Assembly: GCA_038087875.1 (NCBI GenBank)
Contig: CM075999.1
Span: 498,001 to 562,000 of the forward strand
Direction: 5' to 3'
From: Malacoraja senta
Lineage: Eukaryota
Length of the DNA stretch: 64,000 nucleotides
In this document: piece after piece, positions 55,801-64,000 of the stretch
Layout of the letters: every line of letters begins with the position of its first letter
Position numbering within the stretch: position 1 is the first letter of the stretch
Translations under genes and position numbers: made by a program
Notes under the pieces: model-generated
Told to the model about the DNA's origin: nothing
What the model saw: only the letters and a program-made list of their open reading frames with translations
Databases searched by the model: none

Positions 55801-58800
55801 CAAAATAACCCAAACGATCAAGAGAATCCAGGTAACTCAGCTACATGCTCTGCGCACATCAAGTATATGGAGATCTCCAAATACTAAAAGCATTCATAAT
55901 TCGCAAAGAACCACAAAATAAAATCAAAACTAGGCTGTACTCCACCCACTATCACTACAATGAGTCAGGTGGTGGATGATCAGGATTGGATCTCCCAGTA
56001 TGATATTTTATAGCTTTCATTATAATTGAAGGGAAATTATGGATGGAGAAGGAAAAGTAGAGGCTTTGATTCCAAAGGGGAGACATAAGAGATTACAGAT
56101 GCTGGAAACTGGAGCAAACAACAAACTGCTGGAGGAACTCAGTAAGTCCAGCAACACCTGTGGAAGGAAATAGAAGATTTGACTGGGCAGGACATGGGCA
56201 GGTCCTACACAGTGAATGGTAGGGCCCTGGAGAGTGTTATAGACCAGTGTTAGGGACCTAAGAGTGCAGGCATATAATTCCTTGAAGGTGGAGCCACAGG
56301 TAGATAGGGTTGTCAAAAAGGCTTTTGGCACGTTGGCCTTCATCAGAGTATTGAGTATAGATGTAGGGAGGTCATGTTGCAGTTATATAAGATGCTGGTA
56401 AGGCAACATTTAGAGTATTGTGTTCACCATGTTTTAGGAAAGATGTTGTCAAGCTGGAATGGGTACAGAGAAGAATTACAAGGATGTTGCCAGGACTCGA
56501 GGAACTGAGCTATAGGGAGAGTTTGAGTAGACTGGGACTCTATTCCTTCGAGCACAAGAGGATGAGGGGTGATCTTATCGAGGTATATAAAAGCATGAGA
56601 GGAACTGATTGGTTAGATGCACAGAGTCTCTTACACAGATCAGGGGAATCGAGGACCAGAGGACATGGGTTTAAGGTGAAAAAAGTTACTAGGAATCTGA
56701 GAGGTCAAATTTTCACACAAAGGGTGGTGGGTGTATGGAACAAGCTGGCAAAAGAGGTAGTTGAGGCAGGGACTATCGCAACGTTTTATAAAAAGTTAGA
56801 CAGGTACATGGATAGGACTGGTTTGGAGGGATATGGATTAAACGCAGACTGGTGGGTATATTTTAGCTAGGACGTTGACGGTTGTGTGTATAAGTTCGGC
56901 CGAAGGGCGTTTCCACGCAGTATGACTATGATTCTAAGGCACCCTCACAGGAGGGGTGAAGTAGGTGTGAATCCAGGTGGGGCACAGGAGGGGGGGGGGG
57001 GGGTGTCTTTGTTAGAGGTTACTTAAAATTGGAAAATGCAAAGATTCATCCTGTTGGTTGTAAACTACCTATGTTTCTTTCTTTGCTTCCAGGTTACACT
57101 GTGCAGCCCATCGTCACGGGTGAGTTTGGGTTTCCATTTAATTGTTTCAGGAATCTTTGGTTATTCACTGCATTTATGACACTTCCACCACCCATATTCT
57201 ACTAGATTATTAGTTGAAACTCGGGAAATTATGCCTTGTCTTTTGTTCACGAATACAATCTTGATTGAGAAATGAATGAATTGAAAACTTTCCTTGCTAA
57301 TGGCAAGGTTTTTGCTTCTTTACAAAGCAAAAGCTGCTTTGGTACCTACTTTTCAGCCTTAAGCTAGGAACAACTCACAAATATTCTCATCTACATCTTG
57401 TGCAGAATTTCACTCAAAATGGATCAAACAACTGCCTCAGATCACAATGATTCTACTTGATCTGTTGCTTAAACCGTGTAGAAAACCATAACTGTGAAAC
57501 TGTTCTTAAATTATTTTAAAATCGTTGTAGTATCAGCGTGCTAAGTTGCTTACTATATTTCCACAGTTTCAGTTCCAATCGACTTAACAAATGACATTAA
57601 TTACAACATGACGTTCATTGTTGTTAGTCTGTCAATTGAAGAAATTCAAAGAAACCCTTCAGAAACAGCAATCATCATTGCAGCTGAGGTGAGAACATTG
57701 TACAAGATAGTTTTCTGCTGATATATTACTTCATCTTTCCCTCTTTTTTTCTCATTCTAACACAATTTTTCTTACTGTGCTCAGATCATAGACCTGTTCG
57801 AAAACAGCAGAATCAATGCAACATTCTTAACATGTGTTGTAGAATCATTCAGGTAACTCACAGTAACTTTCCTATCAATTATCAATATTGCATTCCTTTA
57901 ATTTCCAATTGTTCTCGCACAGTGTTTCCAATTTGCAAACACAATAATCTCATAAACTCATTTCCTGCAAATATCATTGCAGAGTCAATATACATTCTTA
58001 TATATTCATAGGTGCGAGTCCAGGTGGGGCACAGGAGAGGGAGGCGGGGTGGGGGCGGTTTGTTGGAGCTTACTTAAAATTGGAAAATGCAAGACACAAT
58101 GTTGTGCAGTACCTCAGCGGGTCAGGCAGCAAATCTGGACATTATGGCTCGGCAATGTTTTGGGTCCAGCCCTTCTTCAGATAAATTGCAGTAGGTGTGA
58201 GAAAGCTGGAAGAGAGATGGGAAGAGGATGTCAAAATGTGGCAAGTGATAGGAGTATACAGATGAGGAGGGTTTAGATTGGCAAATGGTTGGACAAAATC
58301 CACTGAAGAAGACAACTGATTTCATATACGGAGAAACCTTAAAGAGGCATTAAATATAATTTCCAGAGGAAGGAAGAATAGTGGAATAGCTGAATGGGGG
58401 GTTGGGACCATTGAGAAATGGGTTCACACCTAGGTGTAGCACAGGGAAGGTTGGGGAGATAGGGAAGATGGCATTTGTAGGTTAGTTACATAAAATTGGA
58501 GAATTCATTGTTCATACTGTTAGGCTCTAGACTACTCTTCATACTATGAGGTGCTGTTCTTCTAGTTTGAGTGTGGCCTCACTCTGGCAATGGATGAGGC
58601 CCAGGACAGGTCGTTCGGTATGGTAGAACGGTAGTTAAAATGTTTTAAAACTGGGAGAACCAGTAGGCCTTGGTCGATCTTGCACGTGTTCAGCTAAATG
58701 GTCATCTAGACTATGCTTGGTCTTGGCAAAGTAATGGAGACCACATCAGGGGCACCAAATGCAGTAGATGAGGTTCAAGACTGGTGGCGTGAAAGCTAAG

Positions 58801-61800
58801 GATGAGGGGAACTCTACCCTTGTTCCATCTGGATGAGGCGGATGCAAGAGCAGAATTAGATGAGACGCGAGTGAGGGATCCATCTATGACAACCAGTGGT
58901 AATCCAGGTTTACTCAAGAAATGTCATATCTCAGATGCCCTAGAATGGGAAGCCCATACCTATGGAAGTGGGAGCAGAGGCGGCGGAGACTGACAATATG
59001 GGAGTCAACTTTCTGTGACCATTGCTTCTGCTCTTATAATCAGCCACAGCAATGTTTAGCTGTGCTCTAGATAAAACTGCAAACAACTTTGCACTAAATT
59101 ATTTTGCACTTATCACAAATGGCTTTTTCTTTTTCACAGAGTGGAAATGGTTAACAGCTCCAGAGTGACAGCTAATTGTACATTCCAAAACGTGTCCACC
59201 ATGGAACCCATCAACCGAGAAGAGGTTTATGCTGTATTTAGCGAGAAGACCGATGACATTTCCTCACTGGGGCCATACTTACTGCAAAGCTACAGCCTCT
59301 ACGTAAATGGTACTTATCAAAATATTCCTTGGTGTTTCTCTTCATATTGTACTTGTGCAATCTATGGTAACTATTGATTTATAGTCATGTTCTTTGGTAT
59401 TTACATATTTAGATCAGGGACAACTAGGTATGATATCCTATGGGATCTGAGGAAGCAAAATTTAAATTCATTCGCAGACTTGCTCTTCGGAGCCTGCCCT
59501 TGCACAAACACACTGCCTCACTGGTATGACCCACTCACAAAAATACTTTCCTCCTGATAAATATTCAAGGAGCAATCAAAAAAAACCTCCTCCATTAAAA
59601 GGTTACATGCATTTTTAGAAGAAACAAAGTGCTAGAGTAACTCAGTGGGTCAGGCAGCATTACTGGAGAATGTGAATGGGTGACATTTCAGCCCGAGATC
59701 CTTCTTCAGACTGATTGTGGGGTGGTGGGGGGAGAAGAAAGCTGGAAGAGAAGGGAGGCAGTACAAAGCACGTCATTAATAGGTGAACACAGGTGAAGTA
59801 GCGTTTGGATACGCAGAATGTTGGACAAAGGCCAGAGATGAAAAAACATAAGGGATGAGGGAAAAGGATTGAAGAGTTGCAAATTTGATGCCAGGGGAAG
59901 GAATGTAGATGGAGGGCAAGGGGAACGAGTTTAATAGGTGCGAGCCCAGGTGGGACACAGTGTTGTTGTGGTTGGTGGTTTTTAAAGACTGCCTAAATTG
60001 CCTGAATTTAAAGTTCATGCCATTGGATTGGTCCTACATATATTTCCTTGTTTGTTTTCAGATTTCACTGTACAGCCCGATGTCAATGGTGAGTTTGTAT
60101 CAATTCATCAAACAATTGTCTCGCGTTACATTTGTTCTTCTCCATCTGTTGCTTAAACTGTGTAGAATTCCTTCACAGTTGAGTAGATGTTTTTTATGAC
60201 TTCTTAGATCAAATGCCTTTTAGACACCTGCACTTGAAAAACTGTCTTACCAGTGGACCTTGACAAATAATTCCCATGTTGCACCACTGCTTTCAGTTAG
60301 AGAAAAACTAACATTAAAATAACCTGAGAAGCAAAGTGCTGTGATTTATTGGGTGAAGGATTTTATGACTAGGTCAGCTGTCAAAGAGCGAGATAACAAA
60401 AAATAGGTCAATAGACAATAGACAATAGGTGCAGGAGTAGGCCATTTAGCCCTTCGAGCCAGCACCACCATTCAATGTGATCACGGCTGATCATCCACAA
60501 TTAGTACCCCGTTCCTGCCTTCTCCCCATATCCCCTGACTCCGCTATCTTTAAGAGCCCAATCTAGCTCTCTCTTGAAAGTATCCAGAGAACCGGCCTCC
60601 ACCGCCCTCTGAGGCAGAGAGTCAAAACACACATAACAGGTGTACTTTATAAGATCCAAGAAATGGAACATATCCTTGGAACAAACCCTTGAATTAGTTT
60701 AGAGCATTTTATGTTCGTATACATTTTTGATGAATTCATAGCTCTTAATAACATTATTCAAATTGTTTCTTCGAAATGTTCTTTACAGAGCCACCAATTG
60801 TTCCTGAACAAAATAACCCAAACGATCAAGAGAATCCAGGTAACTCAGCTACATGCTCTGCGCACATCAAGTATATGGAGATCTCCAAATACTAAAAGCA
60901 TTCATAATTCGCAAAGAACCACAAAATAAAATCAAAACTAGGCTGTACTCCACCCACTATTACTACAATGAGTCAGGTGGTGGATGATCAGGATTGGATC
61001 TCCCAGTATGATATTTTATAGCTTTTATTATAATTGAAGGGAAATTGTGGATGAAGAAGGAAAAGTAGAGGCTTTGATTCCAAAGGGGAGACATAAGAGA
61101 TTATAGATGCTGGAAAATGGAGCAAACAACAAAATCCTGGAGGAACTCAGTAAGTCCAGCAACACCTGTGGAAGGAAATAGAAGATTTGACTGGGCAGGA
61201 CATGGGCAGGACCTACAAAGTGAATGGTAGTGCCCTGGATAGTGTTATAGACCAGTGTTAGGGACCTAAGAGTGCAGGCATATAATTCCTTGAAGGTGGA
61301 GCCACAGGTAGATAGGGTTGTCAAAAAGGCTTTTGGCAAGTTGGCCTTCATCAGAGTATTGAGTATAGATGTAGGGAGGTCATGTTGCAGTTATATAAGA
61401 TGCTGGTAAGGCCACATTTAGAGTATTGTGTTCACCATGTTTTAGGAAAGATGTTGTCAAGCTGGAATGGGTACAGAGAAGGACTCGAGGACCTGTTGGT
61501 TGTAACCTACCTATGTTTCTTTCTTTGCTTCCAGGTTACACTGTGCAGCCCATCGTCACGGGTGAGTTTGGGTTTCCATTTAATTGTTTCAGGAATCTTT
61601 GGTTATTCACTGCATTTATGACACTTCCACCACCCATATTCTACTAGATTATTAGTTGAAACTCGGGAATTATGCCATGTCTTTTGTTCACGAATACAAT
61701 CTTGATTGAGAAATGAATGAATTGAAAACTTTCCTTGCTGATGGCAAGGTTTTTGTTTCTTAACAAAGCAAAAGCTGCTTTGGTAGCTACATTTTAGCCT

Positions 61801-63371
61801 TAAGCTAGGAACAACACAAATATTCTCATCTACATCTTGTGCAGAATTTCACTAAAAATGTATCAAACAATTGCCTCAGATCACAATTATTCTACTCGAT
61901 CTGTTGCTTAAACTGTGTAGAAAACCATAACTAGGAAACTGTTCTTAAATTATATTAAAATCGTTATAGTATCAGCGTGCTAAATTGCTTACTATATTTC
62001 CAATTTCAGTTCCAATCGACTTAACAAATGACATTAATTACAACGTGACGTTCATTGTTGTTAGTCTGCCAATTGAAGAATTTCAAAGAAACCCTTCAGA
62101 AACAGCAATCATCATTGCAGCTGAGGTGAGAAAGTTGTACAAGATAGTTTTCTGCTGATATATTACTCCATCGTTCTGTTTTTTTTCTCATTCTAACACA
62201 ATTTTTCTTACTGTCCTCAGATCATAGACCTGTTCGAAAACAGCAATATCAATGCAACATTCTTAACATGTGTTGTAGAATCATTCAGGTAACTCACAGT
62301 CACTTTCCTATCAATCATGAAAATTGCATTCCTTTAATTTCCAATTGGTCTCGCACAGTGTTTCCAATTTGCAAACACGATAATCTCATAAACACATTTC
62401 CTGCAAATATGATTGCAGAGTCAATATACATTCTTATATATTCATAGGTGCGAGTCCAGGTGGGGCACAGGAGAGGGAGGCGGGGTGGGGGTGGTTTGTT
62501 GGAGCTTACTTAAAATTGCAAAATGCAAGACACAATGTTGTGCAGTACCTCAGCGGGTCAGGCAGCAAACCTGGATATTATGGCTAGGCAATGTTTTGAG
62601 TCGGGCCCTTCTTCAGACATATTGCAGTAGGTGTGAGAAAGCTGGAAGAGAGGGGGGAAGACGATGTCAAAATGTGGCAAGTGATAGTAGTATACAGATG
62701 ACGGGGGTTTAGATTGGCAAATGGTTGGACAAAATCCACTGAAGAAGACAAATGGATTCAGCTAAATGGTTACCGAGACTATGCTTGGTCTTGCCAATGT
62801 TACCACATCAGGAGCACCAAATGCAGTAGATGAGGTTCAAGACTGGTGGCGGGAAAGCTAAGTATGAGGGGAACTCTACCCTTGTTCCATCTGGATGAGG
62901 CGGATGCGAGAGCAGAACTAGATGAGACGTGAGTGAGGGATCCATCTATGACAACCAGTGGTAATCCATGTTTACTCAAGAAAGGGCATATCTCAGATGC
63001 CCTAGAATGGGAAGCCCATTCCCATGGGAGTGGGAGCAGATGTGGCGGAAACGGAACTATTGAGAGTCGGCTTTCTGTGACCATTGCTTCTGCTCATATA
63101 ATCAGGCACAACAATGTTTAGCTCTGCTCTTGCTAAGACTGCAATCAACTTTGCACTAAATGCTTTTACACTCATCACAAATATCTTTTGCTTTTTCACA
63201 GAGAGGTAATGGTTAACAACACCAGAGTGACAGCTAAATGTTCATTCCAAAACGTGTCCACCATGGAACCCATCAACCGAGAAAAGGTTTATGCTGTATT
63301 TAGTGATAAGACCAATGACATTTCCGCAATGGGGCCATACGTACTGCAAAGAAACAGTCTCTATGTAAACG
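24..63371 (+). CDS. MUC16: Mucin-16-like giant SEA-domain repeat protein, partial (extends beyond both window ends); 87 predicted exons, 20 SEA domains, ~2,665 aa
   Basis: Spliced unit 1 reads GYTMQPVVIVPVEESNPTTYNVMFIVDSLSIEEIQDNPLQTATMIASELTDLFENSSINTTFLTCVVESFREEMVNSTRVTAKCSFQNVSTMEPINREDVYDVFREKTDDISSLGPYELQSYSLYVD. This matches the MUC16 SEA pattern (NFTI..L / LFKNTS..C...R...TRV.A.C / DRE.LY..L...T..I..LGPY.L...SLYVNGF). All introns are GT-AG with consistent phases. The symbol indicates family likeness; orthology is not proven. Confidence 0.85.
930..1085. mobile_element. Half Harbinger-type MITE, one TIR only (also ~6186-6341, ~11455-11610, ~16725-16880)
   Basis: Ends in TAAGTGGGACAGGCCC, the same TIR start as the 359-bp MITE; internal (GACAGTCGCC)2; left end missing. 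Confidence 0.6.
2171..2550 (-). mobile_element. Penelope-like 3' terminal repeat fragment after exon D of GY-type modules (recurs near 7430, 12700, 17975, 24290, 30740, 36080, 41410, 49620, 54625, 59620, 63680)
   Basis: GTGCTAGAGTAACTCAGCGGGTCAGGCAGCATC...TTCTTCAGACTGA followed by purine-rich sequence; same family as the repeat adjoining the GIY-YIG relic. Confidence 0.62.
2575..4948 (+). CDS. SEA module 2 (DF-type linker), exons 2575-2601, 2765-2886, 2979-3046, 4779-4948
   Basis: 27+122+68+170 nt; DFNVQPNVN-VPVPIEVTNPIEYNVTFIVDNLSIEEIQANPSETETMIANE-LTDLFENSSINATFLKCAVKSFR-EVMANSTRVTADC...SLHVE. Confidence 0.88.
3597..3707 (+). mobile_element. CR1-related 3' UTR/tail fragment (also ~8863-8972 and ~14132-14241)
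   Basis: GATCAGCCATGATCACAATGAATGGCGGTGCTGGCT..AAGGGCCGAATGGC plus (TTTCTATG)n; homologous to the antisense element at 50412-50620. Confidence 0.75.
5280..7118 (+). CDS. SEA module 3, exons 5280-5306, 5741-5856, 5952-6019, 6949-7118
   Basis: Near-identical copy of module 1 at +5256; splice sites intact. Confidence 0.88.
7841..10217 (+). CDS. SEA module 4, exons 7841-7867, 8031-8152, 8245-8312, 10048-10217
   Basis: Near-identical copy of module 2; splice sites intact. Confidence 0.88.
10549..12387 (+). CDS. SEA module 5, exons 10549-10575, 11010-11125, 11221-11288, 12218-12387
   Basis: Copy of module 1; linker reads GYTVPPVVI. Confidence 0.88.
13109..15485 (+). CDS. SEA module 6, exons 13109-13135, 13299-13420, 13513-13580, 15316-15485
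   Basis: Copy of module 2; splice sites intact. Confidence 0.88.
15817..17662 (+). CDS. SEA module 7, exons 15817-15843, 16279-16394, 16490-16557, 17493-17662
   Basis: Exons A-C resemble module 1; the following intron and exon D are more diverged (block boundary). Confidence 0.87.
18412..20699 (+). CDS. SEA module 8 with extra linker exon, exons 18412-18438, 18931-18981, 19560-19681, 19777-19844, 20530-20699
   Basis: Five-exon module: DFTVQPDVN-EPPIVPEQNNPNNQENP-VTFPNEVIIPIEYNVTFIVDSLSIEEIQANTSDTATMIAAE-LTDLFKNSSINATFLKCVVELFR-EVMVNNTRVTAKC...SLYVD. Confidence 0.83.
19892..19973 (+). mobile_element. 82-bp Penelope-terminus insertion with TTCCTTT target-site duplication (modules 8, 10, 12, 14, 16)
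   Basis: CTCGACCCGAAACGTTGCC...GATGCTGCCTCACCCGCTGAGTTCCTCCAGC flanked by TTCCTTT (19885-19891 and 19974-19980); other modules have a single TTCCTTT. Confidence 0.75.
20852..21246 (+). mobile_element. CR1 3' fragment (also 32662-33031 and 38001-38365)
   Basis: Same 3' end and downstream flank (GCATCCTCACTTACAGG) as the long CR1 copies; 5' part missing. Confidence 0.88.
21414..23982 (+). CDS. SEA module 9, exons 21414-21440, 22238-22359, 22456-22523, 23813-23982
   Basis: GYTVQPIVT-VPVPIDLTNDINYNVTFIVVSLPIEEIQRNSSETATLIAAE-IIDLFENSRINATFLTCVVESFR-EVMVNNTRVTAKC...; GT-AG boundaries. Confidence 0.88.
21793..22151. mobile_element. 359-bp PIF/Harbinger-type MITE (also 28239-28597, 33578-33936, 38912-39270, 47118-47476)
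   Basis: ~32-bp TIRs (AGAGCCTGTCCCACTGTACGAGGTAATTCAAG ... CTTGAATTATCTCGTACAGTGGGACAGGCCCT) and TAA target duplication; empty site GCTTAAAC near 52475, 57470 and 61910. Confidence 0.9.
22770..23670 (-). mobile_element. Degenerate Penelope-like element (GIY-YIG region plus 3' repeat) in the exon C-D intron; variably deleted homologues in all modules (e.g. ~1090-1560, ~3710-4640, ~53100-54000)
   Basis: Minus-strand peptides NLIYCIWCSCCGLHYFAKTKHSLDDHLAEH (53640-53888), ISCICCSRCGLLYI (4371-4694) and RNKDRVPLILSFHP resemble the Penelope linker and GIY-YIG endonuclease. Confidence 0.72.
24729..26059 (+). CDS. SEA module 10, exons 24729-24755, 24919-25040, 25137-25204, 25890-26059
   Basis: DFNAHPNDN linker; exon D reads EVMVNNTRVTANCLFEILSTMEPISRED...ALQRYSLYVD. 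Confidence 0.88.
26232..27690 (+). mobile_element. CR1-clade LINE, 5'-truncated and degenerate ORF2 (RT) through the 3' tail
   Basis: Encodes KSPGPDQIYP, YRPVSLTSVVGKLLE, SGVPQGSLLG, ISKFADD and RTRGHGFK; tail TATGACTATGATTCT; contains stops and frameshifts; empty site near 5110-5125. Confidence 0.92.
27860..30428 (+). CDS. SEA module 11, exons 27860-27886, 28684-28805, 28901-28968, 30259-30428
   Basis: Module-9-like; exon D carries an extra Cys (LGQCLLQNYS). Confidence 0.88.
31179..32511 (+). CDS. SEA module 12, exons 31179-31205, 31371-31492, 31589-31656, 32342-32511
   Basis: Module-10-like; standard exon sizes and splice sites. Confidence 0.88.
33199..35767 (+). CDS. SEA module 13, exons 33199-33225, 34023-34144, 34240-34307, 35598-35767
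   Basis: Copy of module 11 at +5339. Confidence 0.88.
36518..37850 (+). CDS. SEA module 14, exons 36518-36544, 36710-36831, 36928-36995, 37681-37850
   Basis: Copy of module 12 at +5339. Confidence 0.88.
38533..41099 (+). CDS. SEA module 15, exons 38533-38559, 39357-39478, 39575-39642, 40930-41099
   Basis: Closest to module 9 (offset ~17.12 kb). Confidence 0.88.
41851..43181 (+). CDS. SEA module 16, exons 41851-41877, 42041-42162, 42259-42326, 43012-43181
   Basis: Closest to module 10 (offset 17,122). Confidence 0.88.
43354..44812 (+). mobile_element. CR1-clade LINE, duplicate of 26232-27690
   Basis: Same sequence and flanks at +17,122, so copied by tandem duplication rather than by independent insertion. 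Confidence 0.92.
44980..49309 (+). CDS. SEA module 17, exons 44980-45006, 47563-47684, 47781-47848, 49140-49309
   Basis: First intron expanded by a 1.76 kb Harbinger insertion; exon D reads VEMVNSSRVTANCTFQNVST...SLYVN. Confidence 0.87.
45249..47004 (-). mobile_element. 1,756-bp non-autonomous PIF/Harbinger DNA transposon with a transposase N-terminal remnant
   Basis: TIRs (CCCTGTTACACTGTGCGAGTTGACCCACGAG / CTCGTGGGTCAACTCGCACAGTGAAACAGGG); TTA duplication; empty site CAGCCTTAAGCT in sister units. ORF 46470-46814(-) WVKPLFQRR..GQYEKLL..L..ED....KNFIRISPELFNEL resembles Harbinger nuclease N-termini. Confidence 0.88.
46000..46315 (+). mobile_element. Rex1/Babar-like LINE 3' fragment nested in the Harbinger element
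   Basis: Translates RCCLKKAASIVMDPHYPGHALISFLLSRRYKNLKTMTSRFKNSFFPTTIGLLN, similar to the Rex1/Babar RT C-terminus; assignment is by recognition only. Confidence 0.65.
50062..54314 (+). CDS. Extended linker plus SEA module 18, exons 50062-50088, 50788-50838, 52098-52124, 52572-52693, 52790-52857, 54145-54314
   Basis: Three phase 1-1 linker exons (DFTVQPDVN, EPPIVPEQNNPNDQENP, GYTVQPIVT) followed by B, C and D exons. Confidence 0.82.
50412..50620 (-). mobile_element. Antisense 3' end of a second CR1-clade LINE with GTCAA target-site duplication (also 55412-55613, 60412-60620)
   Basis: Reverse strand encodes SLPQRAVEAGSLDTFKRELDWAL..GVRGYG followed by a 3' UTR and a (CTATTGT)n tail; single GTCAA empty site at 18747-18751. 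Confidence 0.85.
51200..51945 (+). mobile_element. CR1 3' fragment (also ~56193-56938; shorter remnant ~61201-61490)
   Basis: ORF 51425-51877 (KLEWVQRRITRMLPGL...RTRGHGFK...LDRYMD) is the CR1 ORF2 C-terminus; same downstream flank as the block II copies. Confidence 0.88.
55068..59309 (+). CDS. Extended linker plus SEA module 19, exons 55068-55094, 55781-55831, 57093-57119, 57567-57688, 57785-57852, 59140-59309
   Basis: Copy of the preceding ~5.0 kb unit; splice sites intact. Confidence 0.82.
60062..63371 (+). CDS. Extended linker plus SEA module 20, exons 60062-60088, 60789-60839, 61535-61561, 62010-62125, 62221-62288, 63202-63371
   Basis: Exon B uses the downstream AG (116 nt); exon D is diverged (REKVYAVFSDKTNDISAMGPYVLQRNSLYVN). 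Confidence 0.8.
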
Positions 63372-64000
63372 GTACTTATCAAAATATTCATACGTGTTTC
63401 TCTTCATATTGCACGTCATGTTATCTATGGTAACGATTTTTTTTTTGTATTCGAGAATTTGGTATTTGCATATTCATACCAGCAAGAACCAGGTATGCTA
63501 TCCGATCGGATTTGGGTTTGCGATTCTTAAAGTCTTGCTCTTCAGAGCCAGCGTTCACACAAACACTCTGCCTCACTGGTTTGACCCACTTACATATGCG
63601 TTTACTTTCAGATAGGTGTTAAAGGTGCATTGCCTCCAATAAAACATTGCAAGGAAGATAGATGTTTCTTGAAAAGACATAAACTGTTGGAGTAACTCAA
63701 GAGGTCAGGCAGCATCTCTGGAGAACATGGGTCAATCAGTTCTTCAGACTAATTGTGGGAGGGGTGTGGGGGGAAGAAAGCTAGAATAAAGGAGGCACAG
63801 TACAAAGCCTGTCATGTAAATAAGTGAATACAGGTGAGGTGGAGTTTTGATAAGCAGACGGTTGGCCAAATATGAAAAAAACATAAGGTGTGAGATTTGA
63901 GATAAAACATAAGGTGTGAGAAAAAAGATTGAAGATTTGTGAATTCGAAGCCGGAGGAAGGAATGTAGATCGAGGGGAAGGGGGAGGAGATAGAAAGTGC

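Larger units (their letters stand above)
47900..62750. repeat. Tandem block III: ~5.0 kb unit with one SEA module and three linker exons, ~3 copies
   Basis: Exon D at 49140, 54145, 59140; DF-type exon A at 50062, 55068, 60062. Boundaries approximate. Confidence 0.9.

Noticed and set aside
49140..59140. Exactly 10,000-bp spacing between exon D copies (also 50062 and 60062)
   Set aside because: It is the sum of 5,005 and 4,995 bp units, and the copies differ by substitutions and indels; treated as coincidence.
24..63371. Cluster of separate paralogous genes or a pseudogene array
   Set aside because: No start exon, signal peptide or terminal exon appears between modules. Phases link each module to the next, and no disabling mutation was seen in the exons.
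1..64000. CRISPR array or other prokaryotic system
   Set aside because: Repeats are kilobase-scale with spliceosomal exon-intron structure and vertebrate transposons; there is no short repeat-spacer pattern or operon-like ORF density.

Overview
Vertebrate genomic DNA, most likely from a cartilaginous fish such as a skate or ray (inferred from its CR1, Penelope-like and Harbinger repeats). The whole window is the interior of one + strand, multi-exon gene encoding a tandem array of MUC16 (CA125)-type SEA domains. I can trace 20 SEA modules, each built from four exons: A 27 nt, B 116 or 122 nt, C 68 nt and D 170 nt, with intron phases 1-1-0-2-1. There are also three orphan 27-nt linker exons and four copies of a 51-nt Pro/Asn-rich linker exon that the ORF track misses. 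In total that is 87 predicted GT-AG exons and 7,995 coding nt (~2,665 aa), with frame-preserving exon sizes and no stop codon seen. No start, signal peptide, PTS domain, transmembrane segment or terminal stop lies in the window. The array forms three homogenised blocks: a ~5.26 kb dimer, a ~5.34/6.45 kb dimer with a ~17.1 kb higher-order repeat, and a ~5.0 kb unit that has lost one SEA domain but kept its linker exons. Intronic transposons with visible empty sites record the duplication history. All exon calls come from manual reading and need RNA evidence.
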